A stretch of 64,000 nt of DNA, taken from positions 62,001 to 126,000 of the forward strand of contig JALMLS010000196.1 of assembly GCA_038496445.1 (NCBI GenBank). Reading direction: 5' to 3'. Shown in pieces: positions 1 to 13,243 of the stretch (within the stretch, counting starts at the first letter, position 1; every line of letters begins with the position of its first letter). Made by a program: the position numbers and the translations under genes. Below the pieces are notes generated by a model. It made no database searches, was not told where the DNA came from, and worked only from the letters and a program-made list of their open reading frames with translations. The DNA comes from Trichosphaerium sp. ATCC 40318 (lineage: Eukaryota > Protista > Tubulinea).

Positions 1-331
1 TAGCGCTGATAGGCGGGAGGTGAGGTACTTTGATAGGCACGTTAGAATTTTTCTTATCAGGGAATCCAAGCTCGCCATACGAGTTTTTACCCCACGCGTA
101 TACAGCACCATCTAAGCATAACGCAATACTGTGATGATCGCCGCAGGCGACACCAATGACGTTACTGAGTGCAGAGACGCGTTTCGGCTGTGTCACGTGT
201 TCGTTGTGCCCAAGGCCTAGTTGGCCATATTTATTGTCTCCCCAGCAGTACACTGATCCATCCTCAGATACAAACATTGAGTGATTTTCCCCTGCTGCTA
301 CAGGGTATAAATTATCCGCTTGTTCTTGCAT
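1..331 (-). CDS. RCC1/BLIP-II repeat protein, N-terminal part (runs off the window start)
   Basis: Hand translation: MQEQADNLYPVAAGENHSMFVSEDGSVYCWGDNKYGQLGLGH...VACGDHHSIALCLDGAVYAWGKNSYGELG, i.e. two canonical RCC1 repeats. Not in the ORF track because it is truncated. Confidence 0.92.
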   Translation of the reverse strand, partial: MQEQADNLYPVAAGENHSMFVSEDGSVYCWGDNKYGQLGLGHNEHVTQPKRVSALSNVIGVACGDHHSIALCLDGAVYAWGKNSYGELGFPDKKNSNVPIKVPHLPPISA

Positions 332-586
332 TTTGACGGTTTAAAGCGACCTGTAAACCACGTGTTAACGAATATTCAACAGATTTATACTGCGTGAGAA
401 TTGACGTACAAAATACAAAGGTACAACGTAGGTGGTACTGATGAGGGTGAAGTAGGGAACAGACAGTCAATGAAAGTTGGCTGAGGTGTTTTTTTTTTTA
501 TCTAAAAGCGGTTAAAGCTTCTGGTAGTTGCGTCGAGTATAATTTTTGTAGGCGAATAGAGCATGTTGTGAAGATACATTTATTTT

Positions 587-3500
587 ATGGAGCTTGCAAC
601 TCAGAATTCAGTTGAGAGGCCTCCTGATGGCCTCTCATACGTAGTGGGATTGTTAAATACAATTATAACGACTATGAACGAAGGCGAGGTACAAAAATTC
701 CAAAAGCGCCTCGCAACACGCGTGAAAATAGACTTTGTACAATTTTTAATGATATAACGTATTTTCAGGACCTGAAAGCCTGTATGCAAACAACACAGCA
801 TATTGGCGCTCTGGAGGACCTTCTAGGTGACCCTGTGGCGGCCCAAACGTTCGCGGTTGTACGATGACATAAAATAAATACTAGCTCGCTCAACAGCTAA
901 ATACCGCGTATAGATGACGTTACCTATCTTGACAGGCACATTGAAATTTGCTGCACAGAAATCATTTGTACAGGTATGTCACTTCTTCTTATCCTCCCTT
1001 ACGTATACGTAGCACCTAGATAGACCAATAGAAGGATGCCTTAGGTGCCTGGTAAAAATATTACCATCAGTGCCGTTAAATGTCAATCTTGTAAGCTTCG
1101 TTTTGAATGCCTTAGCAGGAATCAGATCTGTTTTAGACGACATCATGACTCCGAAGTCTCAGGGTACAGTTTTATATTTGTAATCGATCCAGCGCCTTAT
1201 ACTTAGTATAGACTCAGTGCCAATGTCACGAGATATTGAGCTACTTCTCATGCAAGTGCTTAAAAGCCTATTTGTTCGGATTGGGGAGTGTAAAGGAATG
1301 CTACCTGCTGGAATGTTTAATCGCTTGGCGACACAGATAGGGTATGCGTTAATAGATGGCGCTTGATCATAACTTACTGTGTTTTAGATATACAATCCAT
1401 TATGTATTGCAAGTTGTTACTGAGAGCGTTTCAAGAGAAAATAGACTTATTGGATTGCACGCTCTAGAAGGTCTTATAGGCGTTGTAGAATGCGACTTAC
1501 TAGCAACATTCCTACCAGGTATACTGAGTGCATTGTCAAAGGTCGCCAAAGGAGACTATAAATTAGGCCACAAAGGTAAAAACAAACAACACAGCAAGTC
1601 AATATTTACCTAACATGTCCACGTGCTTAGTAATTGGAAAGGCTTATCACTTATTGGCTAAGACAATTGGTAAAGTTTTACCTGATGCCAGCAACCCAAC
1701 GCTTCATAAAAAAGTGACGCTGGATTCTCTTCGTAATATCAACGCGGGTGAGAGTACACAAGGAAAAGCTCCTACAAAGACTGTACCAAAGCGTACACAA
1801 AACACAATAGAGATGACGAATAGAAGCGAAGCATGGTTCACAGAAGCCTCAAAGTACTGTTACTTCATGATACTCTACTGACGTAGTATGTAGGCGTTTG
1901 AGTAGTATTATTCCTGGTTTGTTTGGTATGAATTATGACCCAGAGAGTCAAGAGACACAAGGTATTTGGGCCAGCCCTGTTTATGAACATTGGGAGCTGC
2001 GTTTACACATTTTGCGTGCTGCAAAGGAGATCATTTTGAAGTCGGGTAAAACGCTGCTACCTGTTGTTCCTGCACTTCTGGATGCTATTATTGCTTTGCA
2101 AATGGATCAAATACGTGATGTAGAGGTAAATTAAGTAGGAAGGAAGTATTGCTCACGGACTTTGTTTAGGAAGAAGCATCTAGCGCTCTTAAAGAAGTTA
2201 GCGAACACTTTGCAGCTCAAGAAATGCTTAGTCTTGACAATCTCCTTCTTAAAAATATCACACATGTCCTTAATACAATCCCTAGAGTAATAAGAGAACC
2301 AGGAGATAGAGGTACGCATAGATTAAGCTAGAGTAAAGCTGACACATTAACAGGAAAAATGCAACTTTTACTTATTATTCACGGCTATCTTAGCGTGTTG
2401 AAGCCGCACACTTATGCCTCTATTATGAACTTACTAGTCGATATGATGTTATGCATGTTAGAAGTAGATCCTAACGCTGACCCAGCAGTTATTGCAATAC
2501 AACATCGGCCGAGGATGCTTGAAAGCAATCTGTCACAATTTCCTCTTTTTCAAACACGTGTTTTTCGATTTTTCAGACCTGAAAAACTTCTGTCGATATC
2601 ACAGTCCATTTTCTTCATATTGGGAAAGGGCAAGAATATGTCTATAGCATTAGAACGAATAGTACAATACCACATAAAGGAAAACATTCGAGATAGTGTA
2701 AACGGAGCACTATTGATGTTACCTCATTTGATCAAAGGTATGGCTCATCAACTTGGTTCTTTTGTTTAATGTATTTTTTAGGTAATCTATCAAGCCCTCA
2801 ACGCCTTGATAGTAATGAACTTGATTGGATTATGAGAGAGATTATAAACTTGTTCACACCTGGGAAAGAATATAATAGTGACAGAGAGCATATTTATACT
2901 CTTAGTATCGCTTTAGAGGTATCAACATTTCAAACCCTCCAAGTTGTCTTACAGTTTTTTTAAAGTGCATCGCTGGTATTGCCAAGGCGTTTGGTTCAGA
3001 GTTTAAACCAATGGTCAAAGATTATTTATACCCAACACTTCGTATACTTGGACATCCACATCAATATGCTTCATACGCTGCTTGGAGTTGTCTTGATGTT
3101 ATTTCAAAGAGCTGTGATCATAAAGATGTTTATGCTCTTGTAAATGCAAACCACGATTATTTAATTGATACAATTGTCCATCACTTTAGATACTTGGATC
3201 TATTCCCAGGTACCCTTAACTCAGCGTCTATATTAAGTTCATATCACGTGACCAAACTTTTTTTTTGTAGAAAAACTTCAAGTTTACGATTTTTTAGATA
3301 CCTTGGATGTCTTGTCGGCATTGCTAAGACACTGTGGTCAGAGTATGGTTGGTATTATCAAGGATGTCGCTATATGTACATTAGATGCGTTAGATCAAAA
3401 ATATAAACCACATAGACTAAAGCTGTTGCGAATACTTCTTCACATTCTCAAATTATTATCAACGAAAACTGATAAAAAAGAAGAAGAGAAAAAGGAAACC

Positions 3501-4592
3501 TCACTCTCTGACTTTTTTGATTCTCGTATTCAGCAGCTTCGTAACAGATTAAATGCAAGGAAGCAACTCAGAGATCGTATTGCCAAAGGCCGTAACGCAT
3601 CTAAAGATGAGGAGGAAGATGAAATTCCTGAAGATTTAGCGAACAATGAAGAACAAGATGATGAGATTGATGAAGACGCTCTCGATCTTGATAATCCTGC
3701 ACATGTCATGTCTACGTTAGTGGTTGATATCTTGAGCAAGTTACAACACTTTACAGCAGTAAAAGTACGTTTTATTCATCAAAGTATTTGAAACATGAAA
3801 CTAATCATAGCCTAGTCACTTCCTGAGAAATCAGTTGTTATGGAATGTATTGGAGTAGGTATAACTGCCTTACAAGCTTCTCCACAACTTCTCCAGACGG
3901 CTAATAAGCTATGGGAACCACTATCTAATAGATTCTTGGATACAGATAGCAGGTACACAAAAAAAGAACTCAATTTGTTTCGTGTTCTAACATTGGTCGT
4001 CCTTCTCGCTTAGGATTCTTACAAAAGCTCTTGGAGTGATGAAAGTACTCTCAATGTATTGTAAAGATTTCTTGCAGCGTAGAACATCTGCGTCATTCTG
4101 GCCAATCATGAAGGACAAGATAAAGGAACTCGCTGAAAACTTGGAGGTGACAATTTTTGAATTGAATTTATGCGCTTTAACAAGTTTTGTAGATTGCTTT
4201 TGAGAACAAGGACGTATATATTAGCCATCAAATGCGCAAAACTGTGGCTATACTAGAGTGCCTACACATTATAGTATCAAGTGTTTTCACTACACGTGAT
4301 GAGAAGATTTTAAGAGACATATCGCGTACGGATTACAAACTTACTATTTAATAATTTTTTTACCGTTTGTTGGCGCGCTAATGGGATTTCTGTAGGCACC
4401 TGTACAAATTTTTTAGCGCCTTTTATGCCTCTTAAAGTTCAAAAACTTGCTGTAACGCTTTTTGAGGATATCCAAGCCAAGGATGGGGATTACATATGGC
4501 TTCAAATGGAACAAGATCGTATTCCTTTAAATCAAACAAAACATCGTATACAATCATGTACCATATCGTCCAGTCGCAAAATAAATACTTGA
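587..4592 (+). CDS. TTI1: TELO2-interacting protein 1 homolog (TTT complex HEAT-repeat protein), multi-exon
   Basis: Exon motifs LATFLPGILSALSKVAKGDYKLG, WELRLHIL, LYPTLRILGHP...AAWSCL...ANHDYLIDTIVHHFRY, LWEPLSNRF and DGDYIWL follow TTI1 motifs in order. Ends approximate. Confidence 0.82.
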
Positions 4593-4832
4593 AGTATGCG
4601 AGAAGGGTTATCTGTCACGTGACCTTTGTCTGAGTTTTTGAAAATTCCGCGTATTCGACTGTGGGAAACAGTGGATTTTGCGCGTTATATTTTGTTTGTA
4701 TCTCTGAAGTTGACAGTTTTGTGCGACACAAAAATTTTCTCCACGTGTACTTTCTTTCATTAAATTGGATGCACGTGAGACAAACATCAATTCTTAGTTT
4801 CTCTAATTCTCACAAGGTTAACTATTAGATGG

Positions 4833-5711
4833 ATGGCAATAAATAGGACAACATGCCGTCTACTGCGTCTCCCACTGGAGCTACAGCTCACTATAATTGA
4901 TGTAGACTTTGATGTGTATGAAGTTTGGCCTCTATTGTCAAAGTACTGTGCTATAACAACAAGGTTTGATGATGCCTTGAACAGGCATGGTAAGTGGTTT
5001 ATCCGAATCCATCGTCGCATGAAAGGACAGTTTGTTGCTTTCGTTGACGAAGAACAAAATTGGAAACATGGAGAATTGCATGGTCTCACCACTGAGTTTT
5101 ATCGTTCTGGTCGACTAAAGCAGCAGTGCAATTACGTAAACGGTAAAATCCAAGAGTTCAAGAAGTGGTTTCAAAATGGGCAATTGTTGGAGCGCATCAA
5201 GTATAACAATGTGGGTTATTTACGTGAACACTGCTACTATGTAAACGGCAATCTTCACAGAAAGAAAACCGTTTGGAATAATAATGGTGACGTATTGTTA
5301 AAAATGAACTATGTCAATGGTAAGCGAGAAGGAGAGTATAAGCAATGGTCGGGCGGCAAGAATAGCACCTTGTATAAGCATTGTAGCTATTCAAATGACA
5401 GATTGGACGGAGACTATAAGAAGTTTTATGTCAGTGGTAAAATACTGAAGCAGTGTAGTTATACAAATGGTACACTTGAAGGAGATTACAAAAAGTGGCA
5501 TGAAAATGGCGTTTTGGCTGAACAAGGGTTCTATATAAATGGAAAACTTGAAGGAGAGCAAAAAACTTGGCATCATGATGGTGAGTTGAAATCCCGTGGT
5601 TTTTTCTTTGATGGTAAAGAAACAAACGAACACAAGAATTGGAACTTCATTGTACTTTCAAAAGTGCTCTTGAAGGAAAATGCAGAAGGTGGGACCTTGA
5701 AGGTCATTTAG
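4833..5711 (+). CDS. F-box-like N-terminus plus MORN-variant (MORN_2/YwqK-like) repeat protein, intronless
   Basis: N-terminal LLRLPLELQLTII, followed by about 9 repeats of the type G.LEG.YK.W..NG.L.....Y.NG in an uninterrupted 292-aa ORF. Confidence 0.85.
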   Translation: MAINRTTCRLLRLPLELQLTIIDVDFDVYEVWPLLSKYCAITTRFDDALNRHGKWFIRIHRRMKGQFVAFVDEEQNWKHGELHGLTTEFYRSGRLKQQCNYVNGKIQEFKKWFQNGQLLERIKYNNVGYLREHCYYVNGNLHRKKTVWNNNGDVLLKMNYVNGKREGEYKQWSGGKNSTLYKHCSYSNDRLDGDYKKFYVSGKILKQCSYTNGTLEGDYKKWHENGVLAEQGFYINGKLEGEQKTWHHDGELKSRGFFFDGKETNEHKNWNFIVLSKVLLKENAEGGTLKVI

Positions 5712-6205
5712 AGATGCTATGGTATAAAATAAACCTATGCTGAGTGTAACCATTGGTACGATAATAGTAAAATATAGAGCCCTATTATACTGAAAAACTC
5801 GAAGGCATACCATAGAAAAACGACGTCATTGAAGCGAGGGTGAGCAAGAGGAACGAAGATGACGAAGTTGTAAGGAGTTGAACTATACAAACAACGTCAC
5901 GAAGTATAACTTCAAAAGAGGGAAAAAAGAATATGAGGCTAGCTTTGTAATTGTACATAAAGTAATGTATGAAAAAGCTGTAGATTAAAATAAAAATTCA
6001 AAAAGTCAATCTAGTTTGTTCTTTCTGTGCTATAAAAGTAAACACCATAATCGGTGCTGTCACGAAGATTCACGTGAAGCACTTGTTAGTACAATAACAT
6101 GATACATCAGGATAATGCGAGTTTTTGCTTTTTTTTTTGGTTTCTATTTTACACGTGATTTACTCTTTTTTTTTGGAACTTTCTTCTTTTTTCCATCCTT
6201 CTTTT

Positions 6206-9200
6206 TTATGCCATTTCGAATTCCTCTTCTTCATCAGTTTCCATGTTCAATTGATCAATGGCTTGTTTAATATAATTAGCACTCTTACTATCCAAATCAA
6301 GTGCCATTGTAAAAGAGTTCATAGCTTTATCAAGATTTCTTAATTTTTTGTATATTTTGCCTTCAAGGAAAAATACAGGTGCTTCCTTTGGTGCTATTTG
6401 TTTCAACTCTGTAATGACTGCTTGAGCTTCCTAAACATAAAACATTAGCTAAAACATAACCCAAAAAAGCAAGTAACAAAAGCGTGACAAGGAAGAAAAA
6501 TCACAGAAAAAAAGTGCAAGTAGGATTATTTTCACATATTATCAGGAAAAAAGAAACGTGACAATCTGAGTACTTGAAGAACACTTGAAAAGAAGAAAAG
6601 TTTCATAATGTACCTTTAGATTATCTATCGCAAATAGTGCTTTTGCTTTTTTATACTTAGCTAATGTATTCTTTGGATCTATACGTATAGCTTCATCAAG
6701 CATTGCAAGAGCATCCATTGATTTTCCGCTTGCATTTAAGACCATACCAATGTAACAATAAAGAACAGAACTCTAGAATCCAAAAATGTTAGTTTTTGCT
6801 GTTTTTTTTTTCTTTGGAAGCACAATGCCGCCTACTATTCATACCTTTGGATTTATAACTAGTGCTCTTCTAAAGTGATACAAAGCGTAATCGTATTTTT
6901 CTTGTCTCAAATAAATCAGACCTATACCGTACCTGAAAGGTCAATATTGTTAGTTTTTTCTGGGAACAAAACGTTTTTGAGCAAAGCTTTCTTAGATGCA
7001 ACACCACAAAAACCCAAATAAGTCAATATAAGAGTGTTATATTATTACTGTCTTAATTGATCGTATAAGCATAACCACTCATTTGATATGATTTTGGACA
7101 AGAACAATGTTCAAAGTAAAAAAAAAAAAAAGAACAGAGGTAGTACCATGCGTTGTAATGCCGTGGGTCTATACGTAGAGCTCTACGGAAGCATACCATG
7201 CCTTTATCCCAATTATCACTAGCAATATATTCGTGACCGCATAGTGTGTGACCGTATGGAAAGTGAGGAGCCACTTGTACTGCCTAACCAAAAATTAAAA
7301 TCAAAAAAACTGAGAAGAAAGCTCAAACAAAGACTTACACGTTGAAAGTACTTTAGAGCAGTTTCGTGCTCCTTTTGTAACGAAAAGCAATTTCCCAAAG
7401 CAATCCAACTCTCTGGAGCACGTCTATCGCTTTTCAAAAGTTGCTGTGCCAAGAAAGAAAGCTCAACTTCTTCCCTTCATAAAAAATATGAGAACACAAA
7501 TAACAAAATCGCAGTAGCTCTATCCATCTTCACTTGGCTGCTATAAACCTGTACCTTAAGTGCCATAAAACAGTACTAAATATCGCCATACCCTCGACAC
7601 GCCATGGTTCAGTACGAATAATTCGTTGATAGATAGATTTGGCCTATTGCAAAACGTTACTTGTCAGCTGAATTTTTTTGAAACAAAAGGTTGTTTTTAG
7701 TTACCTCAAAATAGCTCGCACTCTCAAAGTGTGCACGTCCAACTTGATTTAGTATCCACCCAGATTCATATTGACACTTTGGTAACTTTTTAAATGTGCT
7801 TAGAGCCTCTTTACAGCGATAACTAAAGAAAATATTAACAAGCTTACAAAACATCAATATTTTGTAGATATCGAAATAACCAAAGGATAAATTCTTCTTT
7901 TCGTGCTTCGTACTTGCAAAGGTACTTGTACGCTTCTCCAATTATTCGTAGAAGCTTCATCAAAGCGTTGGGGCCTATGAAAAAACAAATATTAGAATTT
8001 TTTTGTACACACAAACAAAAATGATTGTAGTACCTGATGTATTGTCCACAGGCCTAGAAGGCATCGGATTCGATTCACTACGTGAACTCTTCTTTGTAGA
8101 TGCAAATAGAGGTTTGGTGATACCAGGTGCGAATAAATTGCCCTTCAAGAACAGTGTTACAGTGAAAAAAAAGAAAAAAAAAAAAGGAGTTAAGAATAAC
8201 GTTAAAAGTAAGTAGTACACGTGATGTATGGCTAAGTAGTATTTTGGTTCAAGAAGTAAGATAAAAAAGCGGGAAAATGGCATCGATGAGATAGACGTGT
8301 AGAGTAATGAACGTACCTTTCGTATTGGTCGTTTTTTTCGCTGTATTCGAACTTTTTTAGTTTTAGGCGCAGGTGGCGGTAGGGAGGGTGTTGTAAACTC
8401 TTGACGTTGTGGAGATACATCTGAAGGTGTCGTAGAACCATCTGAAACAACTACACCTTTGTTTTAATGCCTTCAAGTTGATGAACAAGCAAAATATAAA
8501 AATAAAAAAAAAGGCTCTGTGCGAAAACACATCTTTGCTGTCCATACGTCCTTGACCAAGAAGTTTAAAGTTCATTTGCTTCTTCACAGGAGGTGTTAAT
8601 AAAGGATCATTAAACGGAGAAGAAGGATAATTATTTGACATGGACATGCGAGATCCATTTTGCTTTGGAGAATCTAAAAAGCTGGTTGGCGTTTGTGGAA
8701 CACCTCTGTGACCATTGCTAACTGGCGTGTCTAACGCCGCATTTGGTGTTCCAACATTATTATTGTCACTCGTATCCATTGCTTCCCTATAAAGAGGATT
8801 AAAAATTAAAACTTTTACATCGGACGCAAACAAATGCGATGCTCCTCTGAACGCTAACATACAAGTCTAGGAGTTGTACTGGTGGTAAAACACTACTTGT
8901 AGATAATGGGAACACTGTTGCAGATGGTATATCCTCACCTATTTGCAACGGTTTGGTTAGGAACAGCTAACAACAAAATTTTGTTTTTTGATTATAGTAC
9001 CTAACTCGCACAGCGCTTGATATGCGCTCCATAGACATGGGTCAAGTTCTAATGCTCTTTTGAGATATTTTATGGCGTTCTTGAGATGACCTTGTCGCCT
9101 ACAATGTGTCAAAGGGACATGACGTGTAATGAACCAATGCTTTACTCACCTACAAATCTTTCCCAACAGGAAAAAGCCGTGAGGTCCTAAGAGGATGTCA

Positions 9201-9598
9201 ATATTATTGAAACCAATAATGACTACGCTCAGTAACGCATATGGACCATGTGGAGAACTGCAAATGTCAGGCGTGGACTTACCTTTTGGTACATTTAACG
9301 TGCTGTCCCCACCAAATAGATCACCGAGGAGTATCATTTTTGCGTCTTTGTACTTTCTGAGCTTCGTTGCCGCCACCGCGCGCAAATACCTGTTATCAGG
9401 CGAAGTAGCGCCTGCGAGCAATTGGAAGCACTCATTGACCCTTCCAGACAATAAATAGCATCGTCCAAGCTCATTTAATGCTGATTCAGATTTTTCTTGT
9501 GCATACAGCCTCTCGCCAAAGAAAATGGCGTTATCAAACAAGTATGAGTCCAGATTTTGCTTGATACAGCTTCGTAGTTTCTGTTGTAAGCTCGACAT
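6206..9598 (-). CDS. CDC27: Anaphase-promoting complex subunit 3 (TPR protein), multi-exon
   Basis: NAIFFGERLYA, ALELDPCLWSAYQALCEL, APESWIALGNCFSLQKEHETALKYFQR, YGHTLCGHEY, RHYNAWY and APKEAPVFFLEGKIYKKL are characteristic of CDC27. Confidence 0.95.
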
Positions 9599-9879
9599 TT
9601 GATTTCTCCCGCCAACGACTATTTCAACTTCAGAATTTTAGATAGTGCTTTCAAGAGTAAGTTACGACGAATGAGTGTGTTGTAGAAGTAAATTATTCAA
9701 ATTGATGTCTATTTAAGCCATTGTTTTTTTACACTGCACTGGGATAACATACACGTTTCTCATTACGCCAAACACTTCTTGTAAGAGCGTAACGCTGACA
9801 ATTGCTGTTTGTGTCAATGTTTGGTGATGTTACCTACAAACGCTAGGCACGCTTCTTAGAAAGCACTAAAACTGTATCC

Positions 9880-12201
9880 ATGAAACTTGTACGAAAGCAG
9901 TTTGCGTTTAGAGGTATGATTATCTTAAACTCAGCTTAAACGATCCAATAGCGTCAAATACGTCAAATTAATTGTAATTCAAGCCAGTATTATAGATTTT
10001 GTGCCGTTTACATTCTAAACTGCTCTAGCTCGCCAAAATAAGAACGTAACGCATGCGCCAGCTCTATTCTCCCAAAAGAATGTCCCCAGACTGCAGTTAC
10101 AAAGTATTCAAAACCAAAGGTACAGACCTTGACGCAAATCGCAAAAGAACACGTCATTTTGTACATAACATATTGACTTGCACGTGTAGAAAGTTCATGG
10201 ACACAATCGTTGCGCCAAAGTTACGAATCTTTACCAGAGAACAGTGGTACAAGACTAACTACAAGAAAATCGGTTCGTTTGGAGGCACTACCTTGATGGT
10301 GGGGTACACAGCAGAAAATACATTTCATCATCTGTGCATTCTTACTGAGTGTGTTCCAGATACAATAATTCAATCTCCAATGCTTTAAGGTCGATCTATT
10401 ATGAGTATGAGTGGAGACTTGAACACTTTGCGTACGCTAACTATGATCTAAACAACTGATCGCAAAGCGTCATAAACTAACACTTTGATCTCAGCGTGCA
10501 TCCACGTAATTTCTGGGGGAGCATGGTGAACCAACGCTCTATGTTTAATGAGTTTTCAAGGCGCCTTAACATTAAAACTGTACAATACAAAATTTAATGC
10601 TAAAAATCATTTACCTTTTTGTTAAGGTTGATGGGTGGTATGAGCATAATATTGGTCACGTTATAAAATTAGGTGGTGAAGGGCTATTGAGAGATAAGTA
10701 CGTAAAAACCTTTCAACATTTGTAACAGCCATATCTGTTGAAACTTTTGGGCTAAAACATTGGTAGATACAGAGGGTCGTTGAAACGAGCTCTAAAGGCT
10801 ATATTTCCTAGATTCAAATGGCATAACCTTGGGTTTGAGTACGTTTAACACACGCGAAACTTAATAACCCATTAATAACAGGCGTGCTCCTGCTGGTCAT
10901 TGGATTAACACAGAAAATCAACTGAAGCAAATGAACATCATTGCTAAAAATCTACGAGTTTTAACACTGGACGATTGGTACCGTGTCACAACTTTGGATA
11001 TGCTCAAATACAGAGGAAGAGGTGTAATGAATCAAAATGACGAGTCTTTGACAGCAGCTCTAAGGACTCTATATCCTCAGTTTGGATGGCGTTTCAAGTA
11101 AGTTTTTACTAAATTTTGACATAAATGTGACACATTTTATTCATTGAATCACAAGTGTCACCTTTACGCATAATTAATACTGTCCAGGCATAAAATTATC
11201 AATGTCAACAGACTTCCAAAGTCTCATTGGAATAAAGCTGAAAACAGAATCAAGTTTATACAACATATCACAGAGCAGTTCAATATCAGCCACCCTACTA
11301 TGTGGTACGTCACAAATGCTCACCAAGAAAAATATTTAATTCTAAAATTCTTACTACTTGTAGGACACGTATATCAAATAAGGACCTCTTAAACAATGGC
11401 GGTCATGGATTACTTAAAGGAGATAGATTATGGAGGTCCCTTCAGATGCTTTACCCAAACTATTCATGGAAGGCAGCAAACTTAGATTGTATTAGTTTAC
11501 GGCGCTCAAAGCAGAGGTACAACTAATTGTTTAACTTCTTTCTCTTGTTTTGAATTAAATTTCACGGAGACAAAACAAATTGAAAATTTTGTTTGTGTGC
11601 CCAACATTGTCGTGTTAGTCTTGAAATAACAGCTTATTTAGATGGCTGTTAAAGGCTGTTAAGCATATTTTCCCACAATGTAATGTAAGAGAAGAACATG
11701 GTATACAATCACAAGACCTAGAAAGGAGCAGGACTATTTCCGTTGATATTTTCGTTCCTGAGCATAACTTAGCACTTGAATATCAAGGTAAACATTTGAT
11801 TGATCATTCTTTTATTCGTGTATCTAAGCTGTTATTTCGTTTAGGAGAATTACATTACCATACAATGGTATCTTATTCGTTACCAGTTACAGTCTTTGAA
11901 GCACGTGATGATGAAAAGGCGGCATTTTGCGCTTCTGCAGGTAAGTACTTGGACTGTTTTTTTTTTGCTTGCAATAGTTTTTGTTCATTGTTCTCTTAAA
12001 GGCGTGTGCTTGGTCCCTATACCGTACTGGTGGAAGGAGGAAGATTTAGATAGTATCATTGCTACCATATTGTATTATAAACCAGAGTTGGCATATGAAT
12101 TGCCACGTGTTAAGGCTAAGCCTTTACTCGCTGATAGCTTGACTCAAGACATCAATCTCGAAAACAGTGTAATGTCACCACGTGCAGCAATGGCTCTTTA
12201 A
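9880..12201 (+). CDS. Trp-rich ~75-aa tandem-repeat protein (4 repeats) with C-terminal PD-(D/E)XK/Vsr-RAP-like nuclease domain; probable mitochondrial presequence (paralogue 1)
   Basis: Spliced translation gives repeats such as PRNFWGSMVNQRSMFNEFSRRLNIKTVDGWY...GGEGLLRDKYRGSLKRALKAIFPRFKW and ends ISVDIFVPEHNLALEYQGELHY...ARDDEKAAFCASAGVCLVPIPYWW. The first ~55 aa (MKLVRKQFAFRAS...) contain no D/E. Confidence 0.8.
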
Positions 12202-12632
12202 TAAAAATTAAATGTACTTTAAAAATAAATCGCGTGAAGAAGCTGCCTTGAGAAAGGAAAACTTTGTGATAAAGCAACAAATGATTATGTCGCACAGGTG
12301 AGACTTGTATGAGCTCTTTTTTCATAAGAAAAACTACGTAGAACGCTCGGGAAGTGTTTTTATTCAAATGCTTTAATAGCAGCCTTGAAAGTGCCCATTA
12401 ACTCCCTAGGCAATAAACGCGTCAGTTATAGGTGAACTTGTAGCGTTTTAACTTTGGAACGAATCTCAGTTCGCTGCGCTTTAAAGAACCTGCCCTTTTG
12501 TCTTTCTAGAATGATTGTTTTTGTGTGCAGTAAAATCTGATGCTCATCTCGGCGCACTTAAAAAACTTCCACTTTGTGCACGTGATGGTCAACAAAAACC
12601 AATAGTTTAAACCGCTTAAACAACGCTCAAAC

Positions 12633-13243
12633 ATGTCGCTGCGTATCTTTGCCATTACAGTTCTACTCCTCTCAACAGTCGTATGCCAAATTTGCTTCTT
12701 ATTTCGCCCTTTCTGACCAAACTACAAGGCTTTAGCGTCAGGAAGTTGTAGATACTCTTTACGCTCTCTACGAGGATCTTTCGGTTGTTTGGCTGTACAC
12801 ACTTTCAGAAACTTTTTTTTTGAAAACGCAGCTTCCCTTCAACTCTTTAATTTCGATGGAGCAGGAGGATGTACTGATATAGATTATTTCGCTAGTCCAA
12901 CAAGCAATAATCGTACTTATAACACTGCTGTATCTTGTAGTTACACAATAGACGAAAGTACGTCCGTCGACGCTAGTGACAAGGTTTTTAGTCACGTGAT
13001 CTTTTTGAAAAACTTTTTATTGTTTAAACTCTTTTAGATGGTGTTGGATCTATTACAGCTACATTGTTTCCTGCGAGTGGATCCTTTACACATAACTTCA
13101 TAATGATTGACGAGAACACTTTGATTGGAGCCAAAAATACAGCTTCAGGAGATCCAGCCGTTGGAGAGCTTTGGCACATTGAGTGCCGAAGAAGGAGATG
13201 CAGGAGACCAAGACATCATTATGACAGTTGCGATGCCTATTAA
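12633..13243 (+). CDS. Small secreted beta-rich protein (signal peptide, 2 introns)
   Basis: MSLRIFAITVLLLSTV|ALASGSCRYSLRSLRGSFGC...FNFDGAGGC...CSYTIDE|NGVGSITATL...THNFIMIDENTL...WHIECRRRRC...DAY*. Both introns are GT-AG and keep the frame. Confidence 0.75.

Noticed and set aside
4833-5711. Bacterial YwqK-type toxin-antitoxin module or contamination
   Set aside because: No adjacent toxin, flanked by intron-rich eukaryotic genes, and it has an intron-containing paralogue at 24111.
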